64,000 nucleotides of DNA from Clostridia bacterium (GCA_017531805.1 JAFXKG010000006.1:21395-85394); one strand, 5' to 3'; positions 25,998 through 36,381 are shown, counted from the stretch's first letter. Notes: generated from the letters alone by a model not told the origin. Translations and numbers: made by a program.

Positions 25998-28900
25998 ATG
26001 AAAAAAGTTATTATCGATGGCAACAATGCAGCATCTAACATAGCATATATGTTTAATGATGTAGCAGTTATTTATCCAATAACACCAAGCAGTCCAATGG
26101 CGGAAAATTGCGACCAATTTGCAAGTGAAAACAAAAAGAATATTTTTGGTTCTACTTTGCGTATTGCTCAAATGCAAAGTGAGGCAGGTGTGGCAGGTGC
26201 CGTGCATGGCAGTCTTATTGCTGGTGCAAAGACAACCACTTTTACATCAAGTCAAGGATTGCTTTTGATGATACCAAACATGTATAAAATTGCTGGCGAA
26301 GGCTTGCCAATGGTTATGTATGTTGCAGCACGCAGTTTGGCAACGCATGCTCTTAACATTTTTTGTGATTATGGAGATGTGTACGCATGTCTTAAAACAG
26401 GTTTTAATATTGTAAACTGCTCTAGCGTGCAAGAAGTAAATGATATCGCCATTGCATGTGAGTTGGCTAGTGTTAAATCTGGCATACCATATATTTGCTT
26501 TTTTGATGGATTTAGGACAAGCCATGAAGTGAACACAATAGAACAAACTGAACTTAAAGATTTGTTTAAGATAGTAAATCCTACATACTTTGCAGACTTT
26601 AGAAATAGGCCAATAAACAATCACGCACCATATTCTTGCGGGACCAACCAAAACCCTGATGTGTTTATGCAAAATCGTGTGCTTGCTATTGAAAAATATT
26701 CTCATGCAATATCTGACTTTGAGTGGGCGCTTGAAAAACAAGAGCAAATTACAAAGCGTCATTACGAAACAATAGAATATCTAGGAGACGAAAATGCCAA
26801 AGATGTTGTTGTTGCTATTGGCTCTTGTGCGGATGTACTGGTTCTTGCAAAAAAACAACACAAAGGCAAGGTTGGCATAATCAAAGTAAGGATGTTAAAA
26901 CCTTTTGATGAAAAGAAGTTTATCCAAAAACTACCAAAAGGCGTAAAAAATATTACTATTTTAGAGCGTAACCTTGATGTAAACGGTGTGGATACTTTGA
27001 CAAGTTTTGTTTTGTCTGCATTGCACAAAAATAGGGTTATGGCAAAAACATATTCTGGTTGTTATGGGTTAGGAGGCAAGGAGTTTACTCCTGATATGGC
27101 ACTTGCTGTGTTTGACAACATGTTAAAACGCAAAAAAGAGTTTTTTACACTAGGTGTGTATGATGATGTGACATATACAAATCTAGAAATCAAACCTAAA
27201 TTTGTGGATAACATTTCTGATTTTAGCATGCGTGTTTATGGTTTGGGCAGTGATGGCAGTGTAAGTTCTGTAAAAAACACAATCAAAATATTAGGTGAAG
27301 AAACTACAAGTTTTGTGCAAGGATATTTTGATTACGATTCTAAAAAATCTGGCAGTTTAACAATTTCGCATATGCGTTCCAGTTTTTTGCCTATACATGC
27401 GCCTTTTAATCCGCGAGAAGTGGACTTGGTTGTTTGCAATAATGAAGGGTTTATCGAAAAATACGATATTACAGCTTGTTTAAAGAAAAATGGCACTCTT
27501 ATCATAAATACAAATTACGATTTGGAAACATTAAACAAAAAAATGCCAAACAAAATGAAGCAAGATTTGGTTAAAAACAACATTGCTTTGTATATGATTG
27601 ATGCCAATAAGATTGCAAGTGAAAATGGTCTTAAAGAAAAAATTAACACAATAATGCAAACAGCATTGTTTAAAGTTACAAATATAATACCATTTAATGT
27701 TGCAATGGAAAATATAAAGCGTACAATAGTTAAATCGTATTCTAAAAAAGGTCAAAAAATAGTTGACGCAAACTTGCGTGCGGTTGAAAGTGTAGATGGT
27801 GCAATCACAAAAATTGACACTAAAAAATTGGTAATACAAGAAGTGCCAGTGTGTAAAGTGCTACAAGATGAATATTACGAAAAAATCATTGTGCCAACTG
27901 CAAACCAAGAAGGCAATGATATACCATGTTCTCTTTTGGATGCAACAGGCAAAATGCCAACTGATACTGCCAAATTTGAAAAACGCGCACTTGCAAAAGA
28001 ATTGCCAGAATGGATAAGTGAAAAATGTATTCAATGTGGCAGATGTACAATGATGTGTCCACATGCAGCGATACGCCCTGTGATATTTGACCAAAATAAA
28101 AAAGTGCCAAAAACATTTACAAGCAGAAAGGCTTTTGTTTGTGACGGCAATTATCGTATGCAAGTAAATACACTTGATTGCACTGGTTGCGGAGTGTGTT
28201 CTACAGTTTGTCCAGTAAAAGCACTTATCATGAAAGATAGCAAAGAAATCAGGGATAAAGAAATAGCAAACGAAGAGTTTTTGTTAACACTGCCTACAAA
28301 TACACCATTTACACCTAACACAGTAAAAGGAGTGCAATTTAAAAAGCCTTATTTTGAGTTTAGTGGTGCGTGTGCAGGTTGCGGAGAAACACCTTATATC
28401 AAACTTGCAACTCAGTTGTTTGGCGATAGGATGCTTATTGCAAACGCAACAGGCTGTAGTTCTATTTATGGTGGTACATATCCAACTTGTCCGTATAGTA
28501 AGGATAAAGATGGTTTTGGGCCAAGTTGGGCAAATTCTTTGTTTGAAGATAATGCAGAATTTGGTTACGGTATCGCCATCGCAAGAAAAAATCAACGTCA
28601 AAATTTTATAAATACATTAAAAGAAAAAAAGTTTAGCAAAAAAATTGCAGAGTTATTAAATCCTTTCTTTGAAAATACAGAAAATCATGAGTACAATAAG
28701 CATTTGATTTTAAAACTTAAAGATTACAAACGCGGACACATATTAAAAAATGACGATATTTATTTGTTTGACAATTTAAGTTTGATAACCAGTCCTAGTG
28801 TATGGATTTTTGGTGGTGATGGTTGGGCTTACGACATAGGCTTTGGTGGGCTAGACCATGTAGTTGCTAGTGGCGAAAATGTTAATGTACTTATCTTAGA

Positions 28901-29432
28901 TAGTGAAGTATACTCTAACACTGGTGGGCAAACAAGCAAGGCAACACCAAGGGGTGCAACTGCCAAATTTAATGTAACTGGCAAAACAACAAAGAAAAAA
29001 GACCTTGCAAGCATGCTAATGACCTATAAAGACGTGTATGTTGCATCTGTATGTATGGGTGCTAATCCTGACCAATGCGTACAAGCTTTTGTTGAAGCAG
29101 AGCAATATAATGGTCCAAGTGTTGTTATTGCTTATTCACCTTGCATAAACCATGGTTATAACATGAGAGAAAGTCAAATACATGCCTTTAATTCAGTAAA
29201 AAGTGGTTATAACACCTTGTTTAGATACAATCCAAATCAAAAACAACCTATGCAAGTTGACAGTTACGAACCAATGATGAAGTATCGCGAATATGTTGAA
29301 ACAGAAAACCGTTTTGCTATCCTAGAAAAAATGAACAAAGAAAACAAAAATTCACTTTTAAAACAAAGCGAAAATGATGCTAAACGACGCAGAGAGACTT
29401 ATCTAAATCAACAAAAATTAAACAAAAAGTAA
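25998..29432 (+). CDS. nifJ: pyruvate:ferredoxin (flavodoxin) oxidoreductase, single-polypeptide PFOR
   Basis: 1144 aa. Two 4Fe-4S ferredoxin motifs (CIQCGRCTMMCP, CTGCGVCSTVCP) and the ThDP domain GGDGWAYDIGFGGLDHV. Confidence 0.95.
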   Translation: MKKVIIDGNNAASNIAYMFNDVAVIYPITPSSPMAENCDQFASENKKNIFGSTLRIAQMQSEAGVAGAVHGSLIAGAKTTTFTSSQGLLLMIPNMYKIAGEGLPMVMYVAARSLATHALNIFCDYGDVYACLKTGFNIVNCSSVQEVNDIAIACELASVKSGIPYICFFDGFRTSHEVNTIEQTELKDLFKIVNPTYFADFRNRPINNHAPYSCGTNQNPDVFMQNRVLAIEKYSHAISDFEWALEKQEQITKRHYETIEYLGDENAKDVVVAIGSCADVLVLAKKQHKGKVGIIKVRMLKPFDEKKFIQKLPKGVKNITILERNLDVNGVDTLTSFVLSALHKNRVMAKTYSGCYGLGGKEFTPDMALAVFDNMLKRKKEFFTLGVYDDVTYTNLEIKPKFVDNISDFSMRVYGLGSDGSVSSVKNTIKILGEETTSFVQGYFDYDSKKSGSLTISHMRSSFLPIHAPFNPREVDLVVCNNEGFIEKYDITACLKKNGTLIINTNYDLETLNKKMPNKMKQDLVKNNIALYMIDANKIASENGLKEKINTIMQTALFKVTNIIPFNVAMENIKRTIVKSYSKKGQKIVDANLRAVESVDGAITKIDTKKLVIQEVPVCKVLQDEYYEKIIVPTANQEGNDIPCSLLDATGKMPTDTAKFEKRALAKELPEWISEKCIQCGRCTMMCPHAAIRPVIFDQNKKVPKTFTSRKAFVCDGNYRMQVNTLDCTGCGVCSTVCPVKALIMKDSKEIRDKEIANEEFLLTLPTNTPFTPNTVKGVQFKKPYFEFSGACAGCGETPYIKLATQLFGDRMLIANATGCSSIYGGTYPTCPYSKDKDGFGPSWANSLFEDNAEFGYGIAIARKNQRQNFINTLKEKKFSKKIAELLNPFFENTENHEYNKHLILKLKDYKRGHILKNDDIYLFDNLSLITSPSVWIFGGDGWAYDIGFGGLDHVVASGENVNVLILDSEVYSNTGGQTSKATPRGATAKFNVTGKTTKKKDLASMLMTYKDVYVASVCMGANPDQCVQAFVEAEQYNGPSVVIAYSPCINHGYNMRESQIHAFNSVKSGYNTLFRYNPNQKQPMQVDSYEPMMKYREYVETENRFAILEKMNKENKNSLLKQSENDAKRRRETYLNQQKLNKK

Positions 29433-29463
29433 TAAAACTTCAAAATATAATGGTTACCATAAC

Positions 29464-29492
29464 AAAAAAATCCACAATTTGTGGATTTTTTT
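29464..29492. terminator. bidirectional intrinsic terminator
   Basis: Stem ATCCAC (29470-29475) / GTGGAT (29481-29486), with an A-run before and a T-run after. Confidence 0.8.
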
Positions 29493-29507
29493 ACTTGATA
29501 TGTGGGA

Positions 29508-30029
29508 TTATAAACTTACATTGTTGTCGTCTAGAGTAATTAGATAATTTGGTTTGCAAATTTCTACACTTAAAGCAAATATTTCTTTACATGGCGACAT
29601 CATGCTGTTGATAAATTCGTTTGAAGAATTTGCTGTTAGCATTTCGTATAATTCCTTTATATATGAAGGCACATGTTTTGCATTTTCTAATATGTATTTA
29701 ACATTTAGTTCTTTTTTATCTACATGCACTTTTTTAAATGCTTTTAGCTTGCTTTCAATCAATTTTAAGTTTTCTAAGTATTGTTCGATATTATATTTAG
29801 TGTCCTCAAAGGCTGTTTTTATAGTTTTTTCATCGTCACGATGAGTATAATAAGCAACACCATCTTTAAAGTGAACATGAATTAATGATTTTAAGTAGAT
29901 TAATGAATAAAGTAGTTTATCATAATACTTGTTACAATCATGTAAAACAATAAAATTTTTCCTTTCTATTTCATCTTTTTTTGTCTTTTTTGCACTAATA
30001 TTCTTTGTTATTTTTTTTAAGAAACTCAT
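29508..30029 (-). CDS. hypothetical protein (173 aa)
   Basis: Start set at MSFLKK (AAGGAG RBS 6 nt upstream) rather than the track start. No family recognised. Confidence 0.4.
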   Translation of the reverse strand: MSFLKKITKNISAKKTKKDEIERKNFIVLHDCNKYYDKLLYSLIYLKSLIHVHFKDGVAYYTHRDDEKTIKTAFEDTKYNIEQYLENLKLIESKLKAFKKVHVDKKELNVKYILENAKHVPSYIKELYEMLTANSSNEFINSMMSPCKEIFALSVEICKPNYLITLDDNNVSL

Positions 30030-30211
30030 TTTATCTCCTTGTTGTAAAATTATTATACAACACATATCACTTTTTGTCAATATATAAAAAATTAAAATTG
30101 ATCTTAAAATTTGTTTGTGTTTTTTGGTAAATTTGCTATAATGAAGTTGTTTTGTCTGACTTACAGTAATAATGGTTTATATAGTCTGATAAAACATTAA
30201 AAGGATACATA

Positions 30212-32365
30212 ATGGAAATACAAAAACAACTAGCATACGAATTTAACTTAAAAGAATCTTATGCGGAAAACATCATAAATCTTATTGACGAAGGAAACAC
30301 TATTCCGTTTATCGCGCGTTATAGGAAGGAAATGCACGGTGCATGTGACGATCAAGTATTGCGTGATTTTGCAGATAGACTTAACTATTTGCGTAATTTA
30401 AATAAAGAAAAAGAAAAAGTAGAAAAAGTAATTAAAGAGCAAGAAAAGTGGACGCCTGAAATAGAAAAAGCATTGGCAGAAGCACTCACTCTTACAGAAG
30501 TGGAAGATATTTACCGTCCATACAAGCCAAAACGCAAAACAAGGGCAACTATGGCAATCGCAAAAGGTTTAGAGCCACTTGCAAATATTATACAAGAACA
30601 AGTTGTGACAGAACCAATAGAAAATATTGCAATCCAATATATTGACGAAGAAAAAGGCGTAAAAACAGCAGAAGAAGCTATTGCTGGTGCTAAAGACATC
30701 ATAGCAGAACGAATCAGTGACGATGCAAACTTGCGTAAAGTTCTTCGTGAAATCATTGCAAAAAAAGCTCAAATCAAAGCTGTTTGGGTAGAAGAAGATG
30801 ACGAAAATAAAACATACGAAAACTACAAAGACTTTGCTGGCGAAGTTGCAAAAATCCCTAGTCATAGAATCCTAGCACTAAATAGGGGAGAAAAAGAAGA
30901 TTGCTTGAAAGTTTCAATCGAAATCAACCCAAAACTTACTTTGACAGAAATTGAAAAAGCATATAAAAAGGAAAACGAATTTACAAATCAAATAATCTTA
31001 GATACTATTTTGGATAGTTATGATAGATTGTTGTTCCCGTCATTAGAGCGTGAGTGTAGAACTGCTTTAACAGACAAAGCAAACGAACAAGCAATAAAAA
31101 TGTTTGAAGTCAACTTAAAACCACTTTTGCTTCAAGCCCCTTTAAAGAAAAATGTAATTATGGGTTACGACCCAGGTTATTACAATGGTTGTAAAATTGC
31201 AGTTATTGATACAAAAGGTGATGTGTTGGATACGGCAGTTGTACATCCAACTCCACCACAAAACAAAGTAGAAGAAGCAAAGAAAAAACTTACAGAGATG
31301 ATTGTAAAAAACAATGTAGATATTGTTGCAATCGGCAATGGTACTGCAAGTAAGGAAAGTGAAATTTTGGTGGCGGAATTAATCAAAACTTGCCCGCGTA
31401 AAGTAAGCTATGCTATGGTTAATGAGGCGGGTGCGTCAGTATATTCTGCATCAAAGCTTGCGGCAAAAGAATTCCCGGATTTTGATGTAAATTTACGTAG
31501 TGCAGTTTCTATTGCGCGTCGTCTTCAAGACCCACTTGCAGAACTTATAAAAATTGATGTTAAATCTATTGGTGTTGGTCAATATCAACACGATATGCCA
31601 CAAAATCGTTTGACTGAAGTTTTAACCAATACTGTAGAAGATTGTGTAAACAGTGTTGGTGTAGATTTAAACACAGCGTCAGTAAGTTTACTTTCTTATG
31701 TGTCTGGTATTTCAAACAGTTTGGCAGAAAATATAGTTGATTATCGTTCTCAAGTTAAACATATTGATGATAGAGCAGAACTTATGAAAGTTAAAAAGAT
31801 GGGACCTAAAGCCTACGAGCAATGTGCAGGTTTCTTGCGTATTACTGATGGTAAAAATATTTTGGATAACACGGCAGTTCACCCAGAAAGTTATGGCGCA
31901 GTAAAAAAATTGTTGGATTTGTTTAATCTAACTGATGAACATATCAAAGCAGGTGAATTGAACATGTTGCCTAGCTTGATAGACAACAAGGGCGAAACAA
32001 AAGTGGCAGAAGAAATTGGCATTGGTGTACCAACCTTGCAAGATATTGTTAAAGAACTTTTAAAACCAGGTAGAGATATTCGAGAAGATATGCCTTTGCC
32101 AGAACTTAGAAGTGATATCTTATCAATGGAAGATTTGAAACCAGACATGGTACTTGATGGTGTAGTTAGAAATGTTATTGACTTTGGCGCATTTGTGGAC
32201 ATTGGTGTTCACCAAGATGGACTTGTACATATTTCTCAAATAAGTAGCTCGTATATTTCTCATCCAAGTGATGTGCTTAAGGTTGGAGAAAAGGTTAAAG
32301 TTAAAATTCTTTCTGTAGACCTTCAAAAGAAGCGTATTTCTTTAACAATGAAGGATATAAACTAA
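30212..32365 (+). CDS. tex: Tex-like transcription accessory protein (S1 RNA-binding domain)
   Basis: 717 aa. N-terminal IPFIARYRKE, a YqgF-like core, HhH region and C-terminal S1 domain (GVVRNVIDFGAFVDIGVHQDGLVHISQ). Confidence 0.9.
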   Translation: MEIQKQLAYEFNLKESYAENIINLIDEGNTIPFIARYRKEMHGACDDQVLRDFADRLNYLRNLNKEKEKVEKVIKEQEKWTPEIEKALAEALTLTEVEDIYRPYKPKRKTRATMAIAKGLEPLANIIQEQVVTEPIENIAIQYIDEEKGVKTAEEAIAGAKDIIAERISDDANLRKVLREIIAKKAQIKAVWVEEDDENKTYENYKDFAGEVAKIPSHRILALNRGEKEDCLKVSIEINPKLTLTEIEKAYKKENEFTNQIILDTILDSYDRLLFPSLERECRTALTDKANEQAIKMFEVNLKPLLLQAPLKKNVIMGYDPGYYNGCKIAVIDTKGDVLDTAVVHPTPPQNKVEEAKKKLTEMIVKNNVDIVAIGNGTASKESEILVAELIKTCPRKVSYAMVNEAGASVYSASKLAAKEFPDFDVNLRSAVSIARRLQDPLAELIKIDVKSIGVGQYQHDMPQNRLTEVLTNTVEDCVNSVGVDLNTASVSLLSYVSGISNSLAENIVDYRSQVKHIDDRAELMKVKKMGPKAYEQCAGFLRITDGKNILDNTAVHPESYGAVKKLLDLFNLTDEHIKAGELNMLPSLIDNKGETKVAEEIGIGVPTLQDIVKELLKPGRDIREDMPLPELRSDILSMEDLKPDMVLDGVVRNVIDFGAFVDIGVHQDGLVHISQISSSYISHPSDVLKVGEKVKVKILSVDLQKKRISLTMKDIN

Positions 32366-32371
32366 TATAAA

Positions 32372-32398
32372 AGCAACGGGTAATCCGTTGTTTTTTTA
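32372..32398 (+). terminator. intrinsic terminator after tex
   Basis: Stem CAACGG (32374-32379) / CCGTTG (32385-32390) followed by a T7 run. Confidence 0.8.
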
Positions 32399-32497
32399 TT
32401 TTTAAAAAGTTTTTTACAAAAATAAATAATTTTGTACAAAAATGTTGACTAATGTAGAATTTTGTGATAAAGTGTAGTTGAAAAAGGTTAAAATAAT

Positions 32498-32863
32498 ATG
32501 TGCGAAAAAGAAAAGATTTATGGACAAATTTTACCTAACTATTACTTTATAATAAAAATACTTCAAGATTTAGGCATAACAAAAAAGTATATGGGTTTTT
32601 ATTATTTGGCAGAAATTTTAAATTTACTTATTAATGAAGATTTAAAGATAAGGTCTTTTTCAAGGCAGGTTTATCCTATGCTTGCATCAAAGTATAACAA
32701 AAACAGCTGTACTATAGAGCGTGATATCAGAAATGTTATTTCAAGATTTTGGGATGAGCAATTAAAAAATAAACTCAAACTTTTTTGGGATAGGGAAGAT
32801 ACTCCAAGTTGTTGTGAGTTTATTTATATTTTAAAAAATTATTTAGTTATGCAAATTGCTTAA
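32498..32863 (+). CDS. stand-alone Spo0A C-terminal (DNA-binding) domain-like protein, no receiver domain
   Basis: LGITKKYMGFYYLAEIL...VYPMLASKYNKNSCTIERDIRNVISRFW parallels Spo0A-C (GVPAHIKGY.YLREAI...LYPDIAKKF.TT.SRVERAIRHAIE.AW) as I recall it. Confidence 0.55.
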   Translation: MCEKEKIYGQILPNYYFIIKILQDLGITKKYMGFYYLAEILNLLINEDLKIRSFSRQVYPMLASKYNKNSCTIERDIRNVISRFWDEQLKNKLKLFWDREDTPSCCEFIYILKNYLVMQIA

Positions 32864-33255
32864 AAATTTGCTAAAATATATGCTTTAAGTACTCTTATTT
32901 TATTAAGTGTACTTTTTTTATTTAAATTAAATTGAGCTTTAGAAAATATATCTTCGTTATTGCACATTTTAATTAATTTGTTTAAACCGCAAGTTATTGC
33001 TCTGTTTGTGATAGCATACTTTTCTTGTAAAATTGCGATAGCTTGGTTGTATGTTTCGGTAGATTCGTTGTCTTGTTTTATCATATATGTAATAATAAAA
33101 GAAAGATATTCAAAAGCGTTGTATCTTTCGTTCATGCCTAAAGTGGACAATAACACATTTACTTTGTTATTAATTAAATTTATTGACAGATTTGTAATTT
33201 GGTTTTGCATATTTATATTGTAATATAAATTATAAAAAAAATCAATATTTTTCAA
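32860..33255 (-). CDS. second Spo0A-C-like small protein (more divergent)
   Basis: LGMNERYNAFEYLSFIITYM...AIAILQEKYAITNRAITCGLNKLIKMC follows the same pattern. It is convergent with the previous gene (4-nt overlap) and divergent from the TasA-like gene. The start codon is uncertain (TTG 33255 or ATG 33210). Confidence 0.4.
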   Translation of the reverse strand: MKNIDFFYNLYYNINMQNQITNLSINLINNKVNVLLSTLGMNERYNAFEYLSFIITYMIKQDNESTETYNQAIAILQEKYAITNRAITCGLNKLIKMCNNEDIFSKAQFNLNKKSTLNKIRVLKAYILANF

Positions 33256-33373
33256 TGGATATATAAATTACATTTTTTATTTATAAAATTTATTTTTTTA
33301 CAAAAAATTACATATTTCGTTTGACAAAGGTTTGTATATATTTTAGAATAATATAAATATTTAGGGGTAAATA

Positions 33374-34099
33374 ATGACAAAAAAGAAGGTTTCTGGGCAA
33401 ACCATTGCAATAATAGTGTTGGCTATTATATTGATGGCAACTGTTGCATTTGGTGGTGTTTATGCTTATTATAGTACAAGTACCAATAAAGTATCTGGTA
33501 AAATAGTTATGGCTACTTTATCTATTGATTATAAATATGATGACCCTGATACTCCAGAAGTGGAAGGTGTAAAGGGTGATAGTGGTGAAAGTCAAATCTT
33601 AATTACCAATGTAACAGAAGTTGTTCCTAACGAGATATTGGAAAATACGCCACTGATAGTAACAAATGGTTCTACAGCTCCAATATATCTTGTTGTGTTT
33701 TATAGCGTTATTGCAGAAAATAGACTAACACATGTTCCGGTGGTAGATGTAAAAACTGATGGTAAAAAAGTAATTGATGTTGGTGCTGATAAACCAGGCA
33801 GTGAGTGGGCAGATTATGTGTTTATGTCTGACAAAAGTGGGTCTATCAATATCATGAGATGTTTGGTTACAATAATTCCACAAAACAAAAGCGAAATTAC
33901 AGTTATTGGTTCAAATGGTCTAAAATTGCATAAAGATATGAATAACGATTATCAAAATTGCGACATTTGCTTTACGTTCCATGCTTATGCAATAGGTTCA
34001 AATGGTTTCCAATTTTCTGACACTACTACAAATGCAGAAAAGTGTGAACAAATTGTATCCGCAATTTACGAAGCTTATGAATATAAAATTACTATCTAA
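33374..34099 (+). CDS. second TasA/camelysin-like protein with SipW-dependent-type signal peptide
   Basis: QTIAIIVLAIILMATVAFGGVYAYYSTSTNKVSGKIVMATL. RBS taggggt. A terminator follows. Confidence 0.65.
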   Translation: MTKKKVSGQTIAIIVLAIILMATVAFGGVYAYYSTSTNKVSGKIVMATLSIDYKYDDPDTPEVEGVKGDSGESQILITNVTEVVPNEILENTPLIVTNGSTAPIYLVVFYSVIAENRLTHVPVVDVKTDGKKVIDVGADKPGSEWADYVFMSDKSGSINIMRCLVTIIPQNKSEITVIGSNGLKLHKDMNNDYQNCDICFTFHAYAIGSNGFQFSDTTTNAEKCEQIVSAIYEAYEYKITI

Positions 34100-34102
34100 T
34101 AC

Positions 34103-34137
34103 AAAAAAAAATACGCTTTTTAAGCGTGTTTTTTTTC
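34103..34137 (+). terminator. intrinsic terminator
   Basis: Stem ACGCTT (34113-34118) / AAGCGT (34122-34127) followed by a T-run. Confidence 0.75.
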
Positions 34138-34169
34138 ATATCTAAATCAGGACAAGCATAAATTATGTT

Positions 34170-34733
34170 ATGAGCAAAATTTGGTTATTTATGATAGTTT
34201 TAAGTCTTATAGTGACAGCTATTTTTATGCCAAGTACGATAATATCAACAATGATGAATGCAGCAAAGATGGGTGTGACAATGTCGATAGAATTTATTGG
34301 TATTTATGCTGTATGGATGGGTTTTATGCAAGTTATGGACGATTGTAAATTAAGCCATAAACTTTCTGATATATTAAGCAAACCTGTTCAATATATCTTT
34401 GGCAAAACGGATAAAGAAACCGAAAAAAACATATGCTTAAACATAGCATCTAATATTATTGGATTGGGCAGTGCTGCCACACCGTATGGCATCCAGGCCA
34501 TGAAAGGTTTAGATAAAGGAGAAAAAAAGGCAAACAGAGCAATGATAATGTTGGTGGTTATAAATTCAACAGGCATACAATTATTACCAACAACTGTAAT
34601 AGGTATGAGAGCTTTAGCGGGCAGTGTCAATCCAAGTTGTATTTTGTGGCCTACAATAGTAGCAACTTTTGTACCAACCATTTTAGGTATGATTTTAGTA
34701 TCTCTATTTTATAGGAGAAAACGACATGGTTGA
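34170..34733 (+). CDS. spmA: spore maturation protein A (nucleoside-recognition/Gate domain)
   Basis: 187-aa polytopic protein. The N-terminus MSKIWLFMIVLSLIV..MNAAKMGV and the pairing with spmB are typical. It ends at a TGA that overlaps the spmB start. Confidence 0.75.
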   Translation: MSKIWLFMIVLSLIVTAIFMPSTIISTMMNAAKMGVTMSIEFIGIYAVWMGFMQVMDDCKLSHKLSDILSKPVQYIFGKTDKETEKNICLNIASNIIGLGSAATPYGIQAMKGLDKGEKKANRAMIMLVVINSTGIQLLPTTVIGMRALAGSVNPSCILWPTIVATFVPTILGMILVSLFYRRKRHG

Positions 34734-35232
34734 TATTGTTATACCTATGTTAATTGCATTTGTTTTAATTTATGCAATGATAAAAAAAGTGGATGCTTAT
34801 TCGTCGTTTGTAAAAGGAGCAAAAGGTGCTTTACCGCTTATGGCATCACTGTTGCCTTTTATTATAGCAATGTTTGTTGCTGTAGAATTGTTTAGGAACA
34901 GTGGTTTAAGTAAATATTTGTGCGAATTTATTGCTCCTATTTTTAAATGTGTAGGAGTTCCGTCTCAAGTTTGTGAGTTGATTTTAATACGACCGTTTAG
35001 TTCTAACGCGGGATATGTTTTGCTAAGAGAAATTTTTTCGCAATATGGCGCAGATAGTTATATAGGTAAATGCGCCAGCGTTATTATGGGTAGTAGCGAT
35101 ACAATTTTTTATGTTAGTAGCATCTATTTTGCGTCAACAAATGTAAAGAAAACATTGTTGACAATTCCAATTGCGTTGGTGTGTAATGTTGTATGTGCAT
35201 TATTGGCTTGTTTTTGCTGTAGATTTATATAA
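34726..35232 (+). CDS. spmB: spore maturation protein B
   Basis: 168-aa membrane protein that overlaps spmA by 8 nt. Family-typical arrangement. Confidence 0.75.
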   Translation: MVDIVIPMLIAFVLIYAMIKKVDAYSSFVKGAKGALPLMASLLPFIIAMFVAVELFRNSGLSKYLCEFIAPIFKCVGVPSQVCELILIRPFSSNAGYVLLREIFSQYGADSYIGKCASVIMGSSDTIFYVSSIYFASTNVKKTLLTIPIALVCNVVCALLACFCCRFI

Positions 35233-35414
35233 TTTTATGTTAATATTTTTTAAAAATTTTACAAAATAAAATATTAAATAAAATTGCTATTTATTTATGT
35301 GTATGATATAATAGCATCATGAAATTTATTAAGTGGACAATACTATTTGCATTGTTGGTTGTAGTGGCTTGTTTTATATATCAATGCGGATGGATAGGTT
35401 AACAAAAGGCGGAT

Positions 35415-36326
35415 ATGCATCATTATTGGCATGTAATACTTGAATCGTTGATTGATACAGCAAAAATTTTGCCTTTTCTTTTTATTGTCTATTATTTGAT
35501 AGAGTTGTTGGAATTTAAATGGGCTTTTAAAATACAAAACAACAAATGGTTAAAGGGTAAAGGTAGCCCATTGTTTGGTTCAATGCTAGGATGTGTTCCG
35601 CAATGTGGATTTTCTGTAATCTCTACTGACCTATACTCTAAGGGTGCAATTTCAGTTGGTGCATTGTTGGCAGTTTATATCGCAACAAGTGACGAAGCAT
35701 TTCCTTTAATGGTTGCAAATCCAAAATCATTGCCGTGGCTAATTGCGCTTATTGGTGTAAAAATAGTTATGGGTATATTGGTTGGGTATTTGTCAATTTT
35801 GTTATATAAAATATTTTTTAAAAAACGTAATATCGAAAATATAGTTCGCACGATAGACCAAAAACACGAACATAACGAAGACGAGCAAGAATTTGAATTG
35901 TCACATGGTGGTTGTTGTCATCATCATGTAGAAGCAAAAAGTTTTGATTGGTTGCATCCTATGTTGCACTGCCTAAAAATCAGTAGTTTTATTTTGATAA
36001 TAAATATTCTGTTTGGTTTACTTACACATATTTGGATTGGTGAAGCAACTTTAATGAACTTCTTAAACAAAAGTTTGTGGGCTCAGCCTTTGCTTGCCGT
36101 ATTGATAGGATTAATACCAAATTGTGCATCCAGTGTTGTTCTTACGGAATTTTTCTTGCTTGGTGGACTTTCGTTTGGTGCGCTATGTGCAGGTCTTTGT
36201 GTAAATGCTGGTTTAGGCATTGTGTTCTTGTTTAAACAAAATAAAAATTGGAAGGAAAATTTATTTATCCTTTGTATGCTTATAGTCCCAAGTTTGATAT
36301 TGGGTTATGCACTTAACTTTGTTTAA
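35415..36326 (+). CDS. putative 10-TM metal transporter (ArsP_2-like family)
   Basis: LIDTAKILPFLFIVYYLIELLE, VPQCGFS, ATSDEAFP and a His-rich loop (HGGCCHHHVE) match my recollection of this family. Confidence 0.5.
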   Translation: MHHYWHVILESLIDTAKILPFLFIVYYLIELLEFKWAFKIQNNKWLKGKGSPLFGSMLGCVPQCGFSVISTDLYSKGAISVGALLAVYIATSDEAFPLMVANPKSLPWLIALIGVKIVMGILVGYLSILLYKIFFKKRNIENIVRTIDQKHEHNEDEQEFELSHGGCCHHHVEAKSFDWLHPMLHCLKISSFILIINILFGLLTHIWIGEATLMNFLNKSLWAQPLLAVLIGLIPNCASSVVLTEFFLLGGLSFGALCAGLCVNAGLGIVFLFKQNKNWKENLFILCMLIVPSLILGYALNFV

Positions 36327-36352
36327 GTTTCTTGAAAACAAATTTATAATAT

Positions 36353-36381
36353 AAAAAAACCGATTATAAGTCGGTTTTTTA
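36353..36381 (+). terminator. intrinsic terminator
   Basis: Stem CCGAT / GTCGG around the loop tataa, with an A-run before and a T6 run after. Confidence 0.7.

Noticed and set aside
26247-26762. 171-aa antisense ORF inside PFOR. Similar antisense or alternative-frame ORFs lie inside secA, tex, rpoB, rpoC, uvrB, tkt and the zinc-ribbon genes (e.g. 47876-48211, 51815-52168, 2954-3376, 23143-23619).
   Set aside because: They are wholly embedded in strongly supported genes on the other strand or frame. They have no RBS, and their composition is typical of shadow ORFs.
34726-34733. Alternative genetic code (TGA as Trp), considered because of the very low GC content.
   Set aside because: spmA terminates at a TGA that overlaps the spmB start in a typical ATGGTTGA junction. 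No long housekeeping ORF needs TGA read-through. Code 11 fits.
35319-35402. 27-aa ORF (MKFIKWTILFALLVVVACFIYQCGWIG) upstream of the ArsP_2-like gene.
   Set aside because: It is very short and has no RBS; the ATG sits about at the predicted TSS of a TTGCTA-17-TATAAT promoter. It could be a leaderless micro-ORF, but there is no supporting evidence.
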